From positions 1-47,560 of the IMG/VR virus record IMGVR_UViG_3300022177_000082: a stretch of DNA of 47,560 nucleotides. The stretch is one strand, 5' to 3'. The notes beneath the pieces are model-generated. The model made no database searches. It was not told where the DNA came from and saw nothing but the letters and a program-made list of their open reading frames with translations. This document shows, piece by piece, positions 8,098-16,592 of the stretch; the stretch's first letter is position 1; each line of letters starts with the position of its first letter. The stretch is from a virus. Taxonomy: Duplodnaviria; Caudoviricetes. The translations under genes and the position numbers were made by a program.

Positions 8098-9873
8098 TCA
8101 TGCCGGCAATTCTTCGCACAGTTTCGGCCGGTTCGCAATTTCCTGGGGAAGACGGCCACGAAGGTTCACGCCGCACTGCAAGAGGAGCTCCAACAAATCA
8201 GGCTTTTTAGCAGCAGCCAATTTCTCTATTGTGGCATAGCCCCGAAGCTTCATGGCCTCCAGGAAGGCAGCTTCGGCCGATAGTCCCGAATCGTGGGCGA
8301 TGAACCGCACAAGCTCAGCCTTGGTCTTTTTATTGAGATATTCTTCCGTGACTTGAAACCTGGAAAAATCAATATCCAAAAACTCGGCCAGGGCCTGACG
8401 GTCTGCATCGCTGAAACTGATCTCATACCCCCGATCTTTTCGCATGGCGATTTTAACCAGGGTTTCGGATATCAGCGTCTTGACCAGGGGGACTTCCAGT
8501 TCATCCGCAGCCTGCAGCAACTTATGAAAGGACAAGGAGAAATGTTGCCAGCCTCCCAACTTCGGCAATTCCCGGCCTATCCGTTGCCAGAACCATTCAT
8601 GAAGGGTCCGGCCGGAATAAAGGAGGGCGGCTAACGTCAATTTCAGGTGCCGCGGGTCATCCGGGGGAAGGCCTTCCATCAATCTCGGGATCTCCTGATG
8701 GTAGAACTCCTGCCGGTAATATTCCCCATGCCAGGCAACCCGGGGGCCGTCTTCCTCCTGTTTTCCCTTCTCCTCCTTCTGGATTTTCTTGCCTGCCTTT
8801 CCGATCGCAGTAAAGCAAGCAGCTTCCCCCATGCACACCTGGTCATGGTAGGTCTGGATGCTTTTATTGTGCCCTATGAGAGAGAGAATAGTCGTGAAAT
8901 GAGAACAGGTCTTACATTTTTCACCAGGTTTATCGCCGTAGACGGAAAATACCCCGGTGGATTTGGTGTTCCAATCTCCGATAATGGCGGCCTGGGTCCC
9001 GAACTTATTTTCCTTACAGGTGGGCCAGTTGACATCGAGCCAGGCTTGCTGTTTGGCTATGAAACACTTCTGGTCAAGACATTTGGCGCCCTTTTCCTTC
9101 TCCAGACCGAAGAGCCGGTGCTGGCAATCGGTGTTCTTCTGACACGTCTTGCACTCCGTCTTGTCAAATTTGCCGGAATGAAGCGGGACGGCCTGGCGGC
9201 CCACCATGTCTTGCAGTTCCCAAACCCGGATTTCTTTAAGACGGCGCTCATCAAAATTTATCAGGAAATCCCCAACCTGTTCATTGTCTCCCAAACGCAG
9301 AAGCTGCTCCATGTGGCCGACGTGCCAGGTCCCGGAGCGCCAGAGCTCCAAGGCCGTCTCCGGCAGCTTGAGGATCTCCAGACGCTTGCGGATATAGCGA
9401 TCGGAGACGGAGAGCTTTTCCGCCAGAACTTTCACGGCCGACTCGCCGTAGCGGTCTCCGCAGGTCCGAAAGAACTCCGCTTCCTCGATGTCGGAGAAGC
9501 CTTCCCGTTGCAGGTTTTCAATTCCGGAAGAAATCATGGCCTGTTCTTCAGATAACTCCCGGATGAAAGCTCTAATGGTAACATTGCCCTCTCGGGCTGG
9601 CTTGTAGGTAAAGGTTTGCCCGGCCAAAAGCTGTAAAGCCGCATAGCGTCGGTGGCCCCAGACGATCTCATAGGCAATCGGAGATTCGCCCTCCACTGGC
9701 CGGATGAGCGCCGGAGACTGCTGGCCTTCAATTCTAATGCTTTCCGCCAGTTCCTTTACTTTCTCGGGGGCCATCCTGGAGGGTGGGTTCCAGGGAGCCG
9801 GCCGGATGTGTTCGAGGGGAATTTCCCAAACCTGATTATCAGTTGGTTTCTCTTGTAATGTTTTCTCAGGCAT
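8098..9873 (-). CDS. ParB/RepB/Spo0J-family protein
   Basis: 'ELAESIR..GQQSPALIRP', 'GHRRYAA', 'ENLQREG', HTH and Cys clusters. Confidence 0.85.
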   Translation of the reverse strand: MPEKTLQEKPTDNQVWEIPLEHIRPAPWNPPSRMAPEKVKELAESIRIEGQQSPALIRPVEGESPIAYEIVWGHRRYAALQLLAGQTFTYKPAREGNVTIRAFIRELSEEQAMISSGIENLQREGFSDIEEAEFFRTCGDRYGESAVKVLAEKLSVSDRYIRKRLEILKLPETALELWRSGTWHVGHMEQLLRLGDNEQVGDFLINFDERRLKEIRVWELQDMVGRQAVPLHSGKFDKTECKTCQKNTDCQHRLFGLEKEKGAKCLDQKCFIAKQQAWLDVNWPTCKENKFGTQAAIIGDWNTKSTGVFSVYGDKPGEKCKTCSHFTTILSLIGHNKSIQTYHDQVCMGEAACFTAIGKAGKKIQKEEKGKQEEDGPRVAWHGEYYRQEFYHQEIPRLMEGLPPDDPRHLKLTLAALLYSGRTLHEWFWQRIGRELPKLGGWQHFSLSFHKLLQAADELEVPLVKTLISETLVKIAMRKDRGYEISFSDADRQALAEFLDIDFSRFQVTEEYLNKKTKAELVRFIAHDSGLSAEAAFLEAMKLRGYATIEKLAAAKKPDLLELLLQCGVNLRGRLPQEIANRPKLCEELPA

Positions 9874-10270
9874 TTATAGTCTCCAATACGCTAACAGGCG
9901 CCCAAGATCCGGCCTCTGCCGTGATGTCTTCCAGGCAGCCCCGGCACAATCGGATGGCCGGCCGTCCCTCCCGGGTGATCAGATCAAAGACTAGATCCTC
10001 GCTTCGGCCACAGAACTCGCACAAACAAGATTCATCCCGGCAAGGAATTATGCGGGCCTGGTGGCGGGCCACCAAACGCTCCTGGCGCTCCTGCCATTTG
10101 ATTTTACAGCCCGGGGTTTCGTGATGATCGCAGACGTGCTCCTCGCCTCCGCTCGGGGTGAGGAAGGCGGAAAAGGTTTGCTTGCCGCAGATCACACAAG
10201 GGTTGGCGGAGAATGTGCTGATATCCAATCCCGGCAGGAAGATCTTGGGTCTTATCGATTTGCCGCCCAC
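9866..10270 (-). CDS. Cys-rich hypothetical (zinc-finger-like) protein; start uncertain
   Basis: CVIC, CEFC and CRGC motifs in the 3' half of ORF 9866..10621. Confidence 0.5.
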   Translation of the reverse strand: MGGKSIRPKIFLPGLDISTFSANPCVICGKQTFSAFLTPSGGEEHVCDHHETPGCKIKWQERQERLVARHQARIIPCRDESCLCEFCGRSEDLVFDLITREGRPAIRLCRGCLEDITAEAGSWAPVSVLETINA

Positions 10271-10428
10271 TTTAGTTTCTTTATGGCCCGGTCCCGGGTG
10301 TCGAGCCGGGCATTGCGATTCTTGAGGCAACGGCGGCAAATACAGATCTCCCGCGCCTTCAACATTACTTTGGCGATGCCGGGCTGACCGCAGGCGCAAC
10401 GCCAATTCTCCGGGTGGGACATGGTCAT
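10252..10428 (-). CDS. Small Cys-rich hypothetical protein (58 aa)
   Basis: MTMSHPENWRCACGQPG...CRRC; ATGA overlap with the upstream gene, GGGAGGG RBS; not in the ORF track. Confidence 0.55.
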   Translation of the reverse strand: MTMSHPENWRCACGQPGIAKVMLKAREICICRRCLKNRNARLDTRDRAIKKLKWAANR

Positions 10429-10673
10429 TTCCCTCCCTTGCCGGTGGAGGACGGAGGGGAGAGCCGGTGGCGGGGCGACCAGGACCGCTCCGGCATCGCG
10501 GCCGGGACCTGATACATGGGCCGGTAGTACTTGTCGTAGATTTTGCGCCGTCCCGTGCCATCCTCCTGGATGCGGAAGCGGAGCCGCCCATACTTGTCAT
10601 AGACCTTGGTTTCGGCGGCAATGGCCGGGGACGCCAGAGAGAACAGCAGGATAAGGATAAAGAAGGTTTTCAT
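10425..10673 (-). CDS. Small secreted protein
   Basis: Signal peptide MKTFFILILLFSLASPAIA; internal K(V/I)YDKY repeat. Confidence 0.7.
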   Translation of the reverse strand: MKTFFILILLFSLASPAIAAETKVYDKYGRLRFRIQEDGTGRRKIYDKYYRPMYQVPAAMPERSWSPRHRLSPPSSTGKGGK

Positions 10674-10783
10674 GATCGCAGCCTCCGCAGGATAAATTCC
10701 CGAAAGGCACGGTTCCGGCGGCGGTCTAGACGCCAGAGAATCAGGGCACAGAGGATGATGGCGCCCACACCTATCAAAATCAT
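10670..10783 (-). CDS. Small single-TM peptide (37 aa)
   Basis: MILIGVGAIILCALILWRLDRRR...; GGAGG RBS; ATGA coupling to the next gene. Confidence 0.55.
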   Translation of the reverse strand: MILIGVGAIILCALILWRLDRRRNRAFREFILRRLRS

Positions 10784-10796
10784 GATACCCTCCATA

Positions 10797-10822
10797 CCCC
10801 GGCCCTCCCTGGCCGGGGCGTC
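10797..10822. repeat. 26-bp hairpin direct repeat (second copy 11147-11172)
   Basis: CCCCGGCCCTCCCTGGCCGGGGCGTC identical in both copies. Confidence 0.85.
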
Positions 10823-10826
10823 ATTA

Positions 10827-11129
10827 TTAACGCAACAAGGAAACGCTCATGATAACGTGCTCCACAGGATATGGCATTTCCAGGTCCATTAGTTTGGTCA
10901 CGATATTCACAGGCATGATATAGTCCACCCGCACCAGGACTTCCCGGCCAGTATAGCCATCTGGACGCCCTGGCATTACACATCTCCCCGGTGCATATTC
11001 CTTCAGAAGAAGCTCATCTCCCACCTGAAAGCCACGGTCGTCCCTGCGTAGCTCAAAACGCTTAATGCCTTGTAGGGTCGGCTCGAAGAACTCCGGCCAG
11101 CATTTTAACTCGTGCCTGATTTTGCTCAT
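10827..11129 (-). CDS. DUF3850/ASCH-like protein
   Basis: 'HELKCWPEFF...KRFELRRDDRGFQVGD.L.LKEY...YTGR' signature. Confidence 0.9.
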   Translation of the reverse strand: MSKIRHELKCWPEFFEPTLQGIKRFELRRDDRGFQVGDELLLKEYAPGRCVMPGRPDGYTGREVLVRVDYIMPVNIVTKLMDLEMPYPVEHVIMSVSLLR

Positions 11130-11228
11130 GTCTCGCCACTCCTTTCCCCCGGCCCTCCCTGGCCGGGGCGTCTATGGCCGGGCCGCCGCCTCGATTCGGC
11201 GCCCTGCACAGTTCACGGCGGCTTCCTT

Positions 11229-11399
11229 CTATGGCACAGGGGCCCAGATCCAGGCCCCAAAGTATAATCCGACACAGATGAGCGCCACGATGGCCAGGTT
11301 ACAGGCCAGGCGGCGGCGATCCTTCTTGGTGGCCAGATAGTCGGCGTTGAAGTCGAGGATGGCCATCCGCCAGGCGGGAGGCAGGATAAATTTAGACAC
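11229..11399 (-). CDS. Small protein with C-terminal TM helix (56 aa)
   Basis: GTG start after AGGAGG; 'LAIVALICVGLYFGAWIW'. Confidence 0.55.
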   Translation of the reverse strand: MSKFILPPAWRMAILDFNADYLATKKDRRRLACNLAIVALICVGLYFGAWIWAPVP

Positions 11400-11574
11400 G
11401 GCGCGCCCTCCTGCAGATATCCGGCCGGCCGTAGGCCAGACAGATCGGGTCGCACTCCGCCTGGGTGCATTGCTCCGCCAGCTCGGCCAGATTAAGCAGC
11501 CAGAATTCCGTGGCCTGCTCCATAACCTCCCAGCCCTGACCCTCAGGCATACGATCTTTGCATATGGCCTGCAT
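11392..11574 (-). CDS. Hypothetical protein (60 aa)
   Basis: MQAICKDR... start with GAGAGG RBS inside ORF 11392..11700. Confidence 0.45.
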   Translation of the reverse strand: MQAICKDRMPEGQGWEVMEQATEFWLLNLAELAEQCTQAECDPICLAYGRPDICRRARRV

Positions 11575-11731
11575 AGGAAACCTCTCGGTGTCTCTTGATT
11601 CCCGCCAGGGTTTGAAAAAGCCTCCGCACCTTGGGGTGGTCCACGGAGATGGGTCCGCCGTGCTCCAGGATGATCTCCCGGAGGCGATACCGGATTTCAA
11701 ATTCCAGATTGTCTAATTCCGTCGTTTCCAT
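11543..11731 (-). CDS. Hypothetical early protein
   Basis: 62 aa, GGAG RBS; first clear gene of the leftward operon. Confidence 0.55.
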   Translation of the reverse strand: METTELDNLEFEIRYRLREIILEHGGPISVDHPKVRRLFQTLAGIKRHREVSYAGHMQRSYA

Positions 11732-11804
11732 TTTTCACTGCTCCAAAGAATCCATGTTTCACTTCGCTTTCCTTCTCCGCTCTTTCCGGCATGTGATATT
11801 ACAC

Positions 11805-11852
11805 CTAACACATATTAGATATGATGTCAATATAAAAGCTAACACATATTAT
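11805..11852 (-). promoter_or_regulatory. pL-like promoter with two putative repressor operators
   Basis: CTAACACATATTAG (11805-11818) and CTAACACATATTAT (11839-11852) flank a minus-strand TTGACA (11825-11830). Confidence 0.7.
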
Positions 11853-11923
11853 GGTTATTTTATTTAGTGCAAAAGGGTAGGGAAAATGAGGAGATGTTTT
11901 GCCCTGGTCGCATTTTTTTGAAG

Positions 11924-11952
11924 TTGACGGATATATACATAATGTATATATT
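11924..11952 (+). promoter_or_regulatory. brnTA promoter with palindromic operator
   Basis: TTGACG-17 nt-TATATT; ATATATACAT-A-ATGTATATAT palindrome at 11931-11951. Confidence 0.75.
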
Positions 11953-11958
11953 ACAATC

Positions 11959-12234
11959 ATGGAATTTGACTGGGATGAGGCCAAGCGGCAAGCCAATTTG
12001 GAAAAACACGGGATTGATTTTGCCGAAGCAGAGATGATCTTTGCCCAACCCATGATCATCAAGCCGGACAAGCGGCGGGATTATCAGGAAGAACGCTGGG
12101 CGGCCCTGGGAAGGCTGAAAGACCTGGTGGTATATCTGGCCTATACCCTACGGGGCGGGAAGGTCAGGTTGATTTCGCTGCGCCAGGCAAACAGGAAGGA
12201 AAGGAAAATATATGAAGAAAGCTTCAAAGACTGA
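11959..12234 (+). CDS. brnT: BrnT-family ribonuclease toxin
   Basis: MEFDWDEAKRQANLEKHGIDF...EERW...RLISLRQANRKERKIY signature. Confidence 0.95.
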   Translation: MEFDWDEAKRQANLEKHGIDFAEAEMIFAQPMIIKPDKRRDYQEERWAALGRLKDLVVYLAYTLRGGKVRLISLRQANRKERKIYEESFKD

Positions 12235-12481
12235 TTGGCGGCGCTTGAAGGCCATGACTGAGGAAGAGATCGAGCGGAACGCCTTGAACGATCCGGACGC
12301 CCAGCTCACCGACGAAGCTTTCTGGGCCGACGCCGAGGTGGTGGTCCCCCCCAAAAAGGTGTTGATCTCCATCCGGCTGGACGCGGACGTGCTGGCCTGG
12401 TTCAAGGAAAAGAACATCCCCTATCAGACCCTCATCAATGGAGTCTTGCGGAATTACATGGAGCACCATAGGGGGGAATAA
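12212..12481 (+). CDS. brnA: BrnA-family antitoxin
   Basis: 'TDW.RL', 'ISIRLDADVLAWFK', 'YQTLIN..LR.YM'. Confidence 0.95.
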   Translation: MKKASKTDWRRLKAMTEEEIERNALNDPDAQLTDEAFWADAEVVVPPKKVLISIRLDADVLAWFKEKNIPYQTLINGVLRNYMEHHRGE

Positions 12482-12521
12482 TGGAAACCTGTCCAAATAT
12501 CATTATCCATTGATAACTGCC

Positions 12522-12612
12522 GAAAAGCCGGAGGGGTTCCCCCTTTCCGGTTTTTTCTTGGGGCCACCCAAATCATCGGGCAATAAAAAAACCGCCCGGA
12601 GGCGGAGTTATT
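12522..12612. terminator. Two convergent intrinsic terminators
   Basis: gaaaagccgga...tccggtttttt (plus strand) and aaaaaaaccgcc-cgga-ggcgg (minus strand). Confidence 0.7.
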
Positions 12613-12633
12613 GATTTCAACTAATGGAAAAAT

Positions 12634-13410
12634 TTAATTCTCTAATGCTTCATTTAAGTACTTTATAATGCGGTCTTTATTTCCTGCAAGGCTGGAAAAT
12701 TGTTTTTCGGCGACATCGCTGAATCTGGCCAACACTTTTCTACCGATGGTTTCCTGTTCTTCAAAAATCCCTATCGGAAAATAATCAAGCCCCCATTTTT
12801 CAAATTGAAGTAGTGAAATAGTAGCGTCTCGAACCTGATCATCATTGGCAAGTGCATAAATAAACAAAGGTTTTCGCCGTTGATTTATCCGACAATCAAC
12901 TCTATACATTCCCTGGGGATCGCGCTGGGGATGATGCCAGTTGAAGATCCGGCGATTTTCTTGGATGTTTTCATTCAAAAGTTGCTGAAAATCTTCATAA
13001 AATGTTGACCTTATTCTTTCCCTTGTTAAGTAACTAATATCACTTATTTTTAATAATGCCTGCACAAATGAATAAAGCGAATCACCAAAACGATCTCCTT
13101 CAACGGGAAGAATTAATTCCCCTTCTTGATCTTGAACGGAAAAGACAGACAGGGCATTCTCGATAATTTTGAGACGGGTCCCGGAACGAAGATCTTTGGT
13201 ATCCAGGCTATAACTGAGATGCATCAAAGTATGGCCTTCATCGGTAAGCAGCCAATTGCCATTATGCTTCTGTAGAACAATGGCAAGATGGTCTCCGTCA
13301 TCGAATGTGAAGGGTGTAAATACCCGATATCGGCCGAGCCCCTCCTCAAACAGATTTATCTGCTCGCATACCTTGCTGCGAAAATTATCAACGATGTTTT
13401 CCGGGACCAT
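12634..13410 (-). CDS. DUF1828-like protein
   Basis: 'VFTPFTFDDGDHL.I....LLTDEGHTL' N-terminal motif as recalled for DUF1828. Confidence 0.75.
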   Translation of the reverse strand: MVPENIVDNFRSKVCEQINLFEEGLGRYRVFTPFTFDDGDHLAIVLQKHNGNWLLTDEGHTLMHLSYSLDTKDLRSGTRLKIIENALSVFSVQDQEGELILPVEGDRFGDSLYSFVQALLKISDISYLTRERIRSTFYEDFQQLLNENIQENRRIFNWHHPQRDPQGMYRVDCRINQRRKPLFIYALANDDQVRDATISLLQFEKWGLDYFPIGIFEEQETIGRKVLARFSDVAEKQFSSLAGNKDRIIKYLNEALEN

Positions 13411-13419
13411 AGTGATGCG

Positions 13420-13893
13420 TCATGAAAAAAGGCTGGGATGTTTATCAGATTCAGAAACAAAAGAACAATCGCTTATTAAACAGGATAAGGCCCCTTGAAA
13501 ATCTGCATAATTAGAAGTCGGCTCGGCAAAACTATCTTCAGCTGCTCCCAAATCTTGATATCGAGCCGTAGCCTTATGAATATGAAACCCGAAAAATGAA
13601 CTTTTTTCCAGCCGGTTGGTGTGCCAATGACTCTTGCCATTATATCGACATAATCTAAATAGCTGATTGGTTTCGGGAGGACAATAGGCGAGAATGACAG
13701 AGAAATCCAGGGGGTTGACTCGATTTTGGCGTAAAATCAGGCGATATTGGCGGCCATGTTCACCCTGAAAATCAAACTGTTGTTCACTATGACTGCCTTT
13801 GGCGCGCAAGCGGATTTTAGAGGTAAAATTGGCTGGCAGCATTTTTTTTTCTTGCAACAGGTTTTCTATTTCATTATCCGTTAACCTGACCAA
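13420..13893 (-). CDS. Conserved hypothetical His-motif protein, partner of the DUF1828-like gene
   Basis: 'RYNGKSHWHTN' and 'FHIH' motifs; TTG start with GAGG RBS; 9 nt from the next gene. Confidence 0.7.
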   Translation of the reverse strand: MVRLTDNEIENLLQEKKMLPANFTSKIRLRAKGSHSEQQFDFQGEHGRQYRLILRQNRVNPLDFSVILAYCPPETNQLFRLCRYNGKSHWHTNRLEKSSFFGFHIHKATARYQDLGAAEDSFAEPTSNYADFQGALSCLISDCSFVSESDKHPSLFS

Positions 13894-13980
13894 AATTATA
13901 CATCCTCATAAATAAAATCAATACCCTTAATCCTCGCAGGTTCGGCCGGCCGCCAATTCCTTATAACGGAGATAACTTTT

Positions 13981-14475
13981 TTAATCAGAGCTTTTGTCCC
14001 CGGACGAATTCGACAATAATCCCCCAGACTCCGCCAGCGGCCGATTTTTTATCTCAATGATCCGATCCCGGATCATTTCCAGATAGCCCTCCACCTTGGC
14101 CAGTTCAGTCGGACTGGCAAATTCCCAATTTGAAAAGACTTCGAGGAAGAGTTCTATGATCCTGGCATACTCACTCGCCTGAACCCGTTTAATCTTGGCA
14201 GCCCAAAGAGGATCAATATTGCAGTCGGCTATTAAGGTTTCGGGAGGATGACCAAGACCTAACCAAATTTTAATTGCATAATCCAATTTTATTCCACGGC
14301 CCTGCTTCCCATCTCTCAAGTAACCTAAAAATTCAGGAGTGCAATTGCATTTCTCGGAGAGCTTGGCAAGAGTAATTTCTTTTCGCCCTTTCTTCGGGCA
14401 GATTTGGCGGATAATCGAAGCAAGTTTGTTGATAATTTCTATGGTCACAGGATGTGGCTCAATTAAGTCCTTCAT
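13981..14475 (-). CDS. CI-like HTH repressor (no peptidase domain seen)
   Basis: 'TLAKLSEKCNCTPEFLGYL' Xre-like HTH; divergent from the cro-like gene. Confidence 0.65.
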   Translation of the reverse strand: MKDLIEPHPVTIEIINKLASIIRQICPKKGRKEITLAKLSEKCNCTPEFLGYLRDGKQGRGIKLDYAIKIWLGLGHPPETLIADCNIDPLWAAKIKRVQASEYARIIELFLEVFSNWEFASPTELAKVEGYLEMIRDRIIEIKNRPLAESGGLLSNSSGDKSSD

Positions 14476-14496
14476 ATTTTTATTACTACATAAAAA

Positions 14497-14557
14497 CTAA
14501 CATATATCAAGATATGCGCGTTAGATTTTTCTTGACATAAAAACTGATGCATGTTAG
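14497..14557. promoter_or_regulatory. oR-like region: three putative operators and divergent promoters
   Basis: CTAACATATATCAA, GATATGCGCGTTAG and CTGATGCATGTTAG share the CTAAC half-site with 11805/11839; TTGACA at 14532-14537. Confidence 0.7.
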
Positions 14558-14566
14558 CTATTTTCC

Positions 14567-14836
14567 ATGATCATAGACGAATATCTCAAAAAACATAATT
14601 TTAAGCTCTATCCGTGGGCCAAATCCAAAGGGATATCGCCCGAGATTATAACTATGTATCGGAAGGGCCGCCGAGGCTTGTCATTGGAGACCGTAGCAAA
14701 AATCGTCGCCGCCACGGGGGGAGAGGTCACTTATGAGGACCTGGTGGCGGAGATGACCGAGCGCCGGGCAGATCGGCGGGCTGCGGACAAACCGGATAAC
14801 GGCGGGGAGGCGGTGGAGATCCCGCCGGGGATTTAG
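14567..14836 (+). CDS. Cro-like HTH protein
   Basis: 'AKSKGISPEII...GRRGLSLETVAKIVAATGGEVTYEDL' Cro/YdaS-like motif. Confidence 0.85.
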   Translation: MIIDEYLKKHNFKLYPWAKSKGISPEIITMYRKGRRGLSLETVAKIVAATGGEVTYEDLVAEMTERRADRRAADKPDNGGEAVEIPPGI

Positions 14837-15101
14837 AGGTCTGCCATGACCCGGTTCTCTTTCCCTTTAACCCCAAACCCCCGAGCCGCCAGGGACGGCA
14901 GCGGCGGGACCAAACTTCGATACCCAAAGGGGGCTGAGACCGGCGACGGATGATTGCCTCTGTCGTACGAGAGCCTGTAAGACGACAATCTTAACCAGGG
15001 TGCTGGCAGGGCGGAAAACTGGGGATTGGTATAGCGAAACCCTGCCCTGGCGCATGGCCAAGCCAAAGGCGCCCGCTCCAGTAAGTGAAGCCGGGGCCCT
15101 A

Positions 15102-15263
15102 TCAAAGGCGCGGCTGCCGGTCGCGGTGCAAGGAGGTGTCCACCACGAGTTGCAGCAGTTCCTTGCGCTGCTCCACGGTCAGTTGGTTGCAGTTCGGCGC
15201 GCACCTGACCAGACAGCTTAAGCAGGGACCCGGGATCTCCGGGGGAATGACCTTTTCCGACAT
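15102..15263 (-). CDS. Small antisense-oriented Cys-containing protein (53 aa)
   Basis: MSEKVIPPEIPGPCLSCLVRCAPNC...; GAGG RBS; upstream TTTATA-17-TAAAAT at 15342-15314. Confidence 0.5.
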   Translation of the reverse strand: MSEKVIPPEIPGPCLSCLVRCAPNCNQLTVEQRKELLQLVVDTSLHRDRQPRL

Positions 15264-15365
15264 GGTTTCCTCGGCTGATGCAAATTAATTGAAGGGGAAT
15301 CGAATCTGGCCATATTTTAGCCAGGGCGCAAAGCCATATAAATCCAAAACCTTATCAATGAATGG

Positions 15366-15881
15366 ATGGTCCCCATGAATTACGAAGACTTTGTCCGGGA
15401 AAAGACCGAGATCACCAAGAGCTGGCTCCAGCAGGCGCTGCTGCGGTCCTCCAAGTCGGTGGCGGCCCTGGCCGAGGCCATGGGCTTCCGGTCGGACAGC
15501 AGCCTCTACAAGGCGGCCAACCCCATGGAGAACCACCGCCTGCACCTGGAAAATCTCCCGATTCTCCTCCATGAGACGGGAGATTTTGCCATTCTGGACG
15601 AGATCGAGGCCATGTTCGGCCGGGCGGCCTTCCGCCTTCCCTCGGCCGATCTCGGCCTGCCGGAGATCAACGAGGAGACCCGCCGGGCCATCAAGGAGTT
15701 CAGCGACTATCTGGGAGAGGTGGCCGGCGCGGTTGAAGACGGCAGGGTCACCCGGCTGGAACGGGAGGCCATCGAGCGGGAGTGCTCCCAGGCCATGGCC
15801 CAGCTGGCGGCCCTCCTGGAGGCGGTGCGGCAGCTTCACCATAATCCCGGCAAACCTTTGAAGGCGGTGGCCGGGGACTGA
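15366..15881 (+). CDS. Phage regulatory CII-family protein
   Basis: 'LAEAMG...LYKAANP', 'TGDFAILD', 'AVEDGRVT..E...IERE' as in the 186 CII/CP76 family. Confidence 0.85.
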   Translation: MVPMNYEDFVREKTEITKSWLQQALLRSSKSVAALAEAMGFRSDSSLYKAANPMENHRLHLENLPILLHETGDFAILDEIEAMFGRAAFRLPSADLGLPEINEETRRAIKEFSDYLGEVAGAVEDGRVTRLEREAIERECSQAMAQLAALLEAVRQLHHNPGKPLKAVAGD

Positions 15882-15883
15882 CG

Positions 15884-16588
15884 GTGGACGGGACCGGGAT
15901 TTCCGCCGTGGGCGCCAAGGCCCTTCGTTCGCCGTGCCAGCGCTGTGACCGCTTCCCGGAGAGTTTGCCAGACTGCATCACGGAGTGCACTGCGATTTCC
16001 CGGTACGTCCATGATCTCAATGCCAACTATGGCCGGCCGATGGGGATGTGCCTGCTTTGTATGCAGGAGCGGGCAAAGCGGAATGCCCTGTTGCGCCAGG
16101 AGAATAACAGGAGAAAGAAGATTACCGAGATTGTAGTACTAAAAAATGCGCCGTCGGGTCAGGAAGTGAATCCCATGCCGCCGGCGGATGTCATAAAGCC
16201 CATACCTCCCGCCCCCGAAATCCTGCCGGCGACGAATCCGGCTGAAAGATCGATGTCGCCGCCTTCCAAGTGCCCCAAGCACCCGGAAAACGATCTTCTT
16301 GTGGTTACCCGCAACGGCCAGGCCATGGTTTCTAATTTTTGCCATCAATGCATGGTCGAAATGGGGAAAAAGGGTGTAGAAGCCTGTCGGGAAAAAAGGC
16401 GCACCACCCGTTTGATTCCCAAAGACGAAGCGGTTCTGGCGGTGGACCTGCGGGAGCATCCCAATATCCTGGCCATGCTCCGGCAGAGTATGGCTGACGG
16501 GATGCGGCCAAACCTGGAAGTGGAGGTTATCTGGCATCTTAAACAGCGGCTGAAATCTTTTGGAGAACACGGCTTGCGAGGGGAATGA
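15884..16588 (+). CDS. Hypothetical Cys-rich protein
   Basis: 234 aa, several CxxC motifs, operon spacing. Confidence 0.6.
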   Translation: MDGTGISAVGAKALRSPCQRCDRFPESLPDCITECTAISRYVHDLNANYGRPMGMCLLCMQERAKRNALLRQENNRRKKITEIVVLKNAPSGQEVNPMPPADVIKPIPPAPEILPATNPAERSMSPPSKCPKHPENDLLVVTRNGQAMVSNFCHQCMVEMGKKGVEACREKRRTTRLIPKDEAVLAVDLREHPNILAMLRQSMADGMRPNLEVEVIWHLKQRLKSFGEHGLRGE

Positions 16589-16592
16589 CACC

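Noticed and set aside
9866-10621. Single 251-aa gene
   Set aside because: Its 5' half overlaps two better-supported small genes in other frames.
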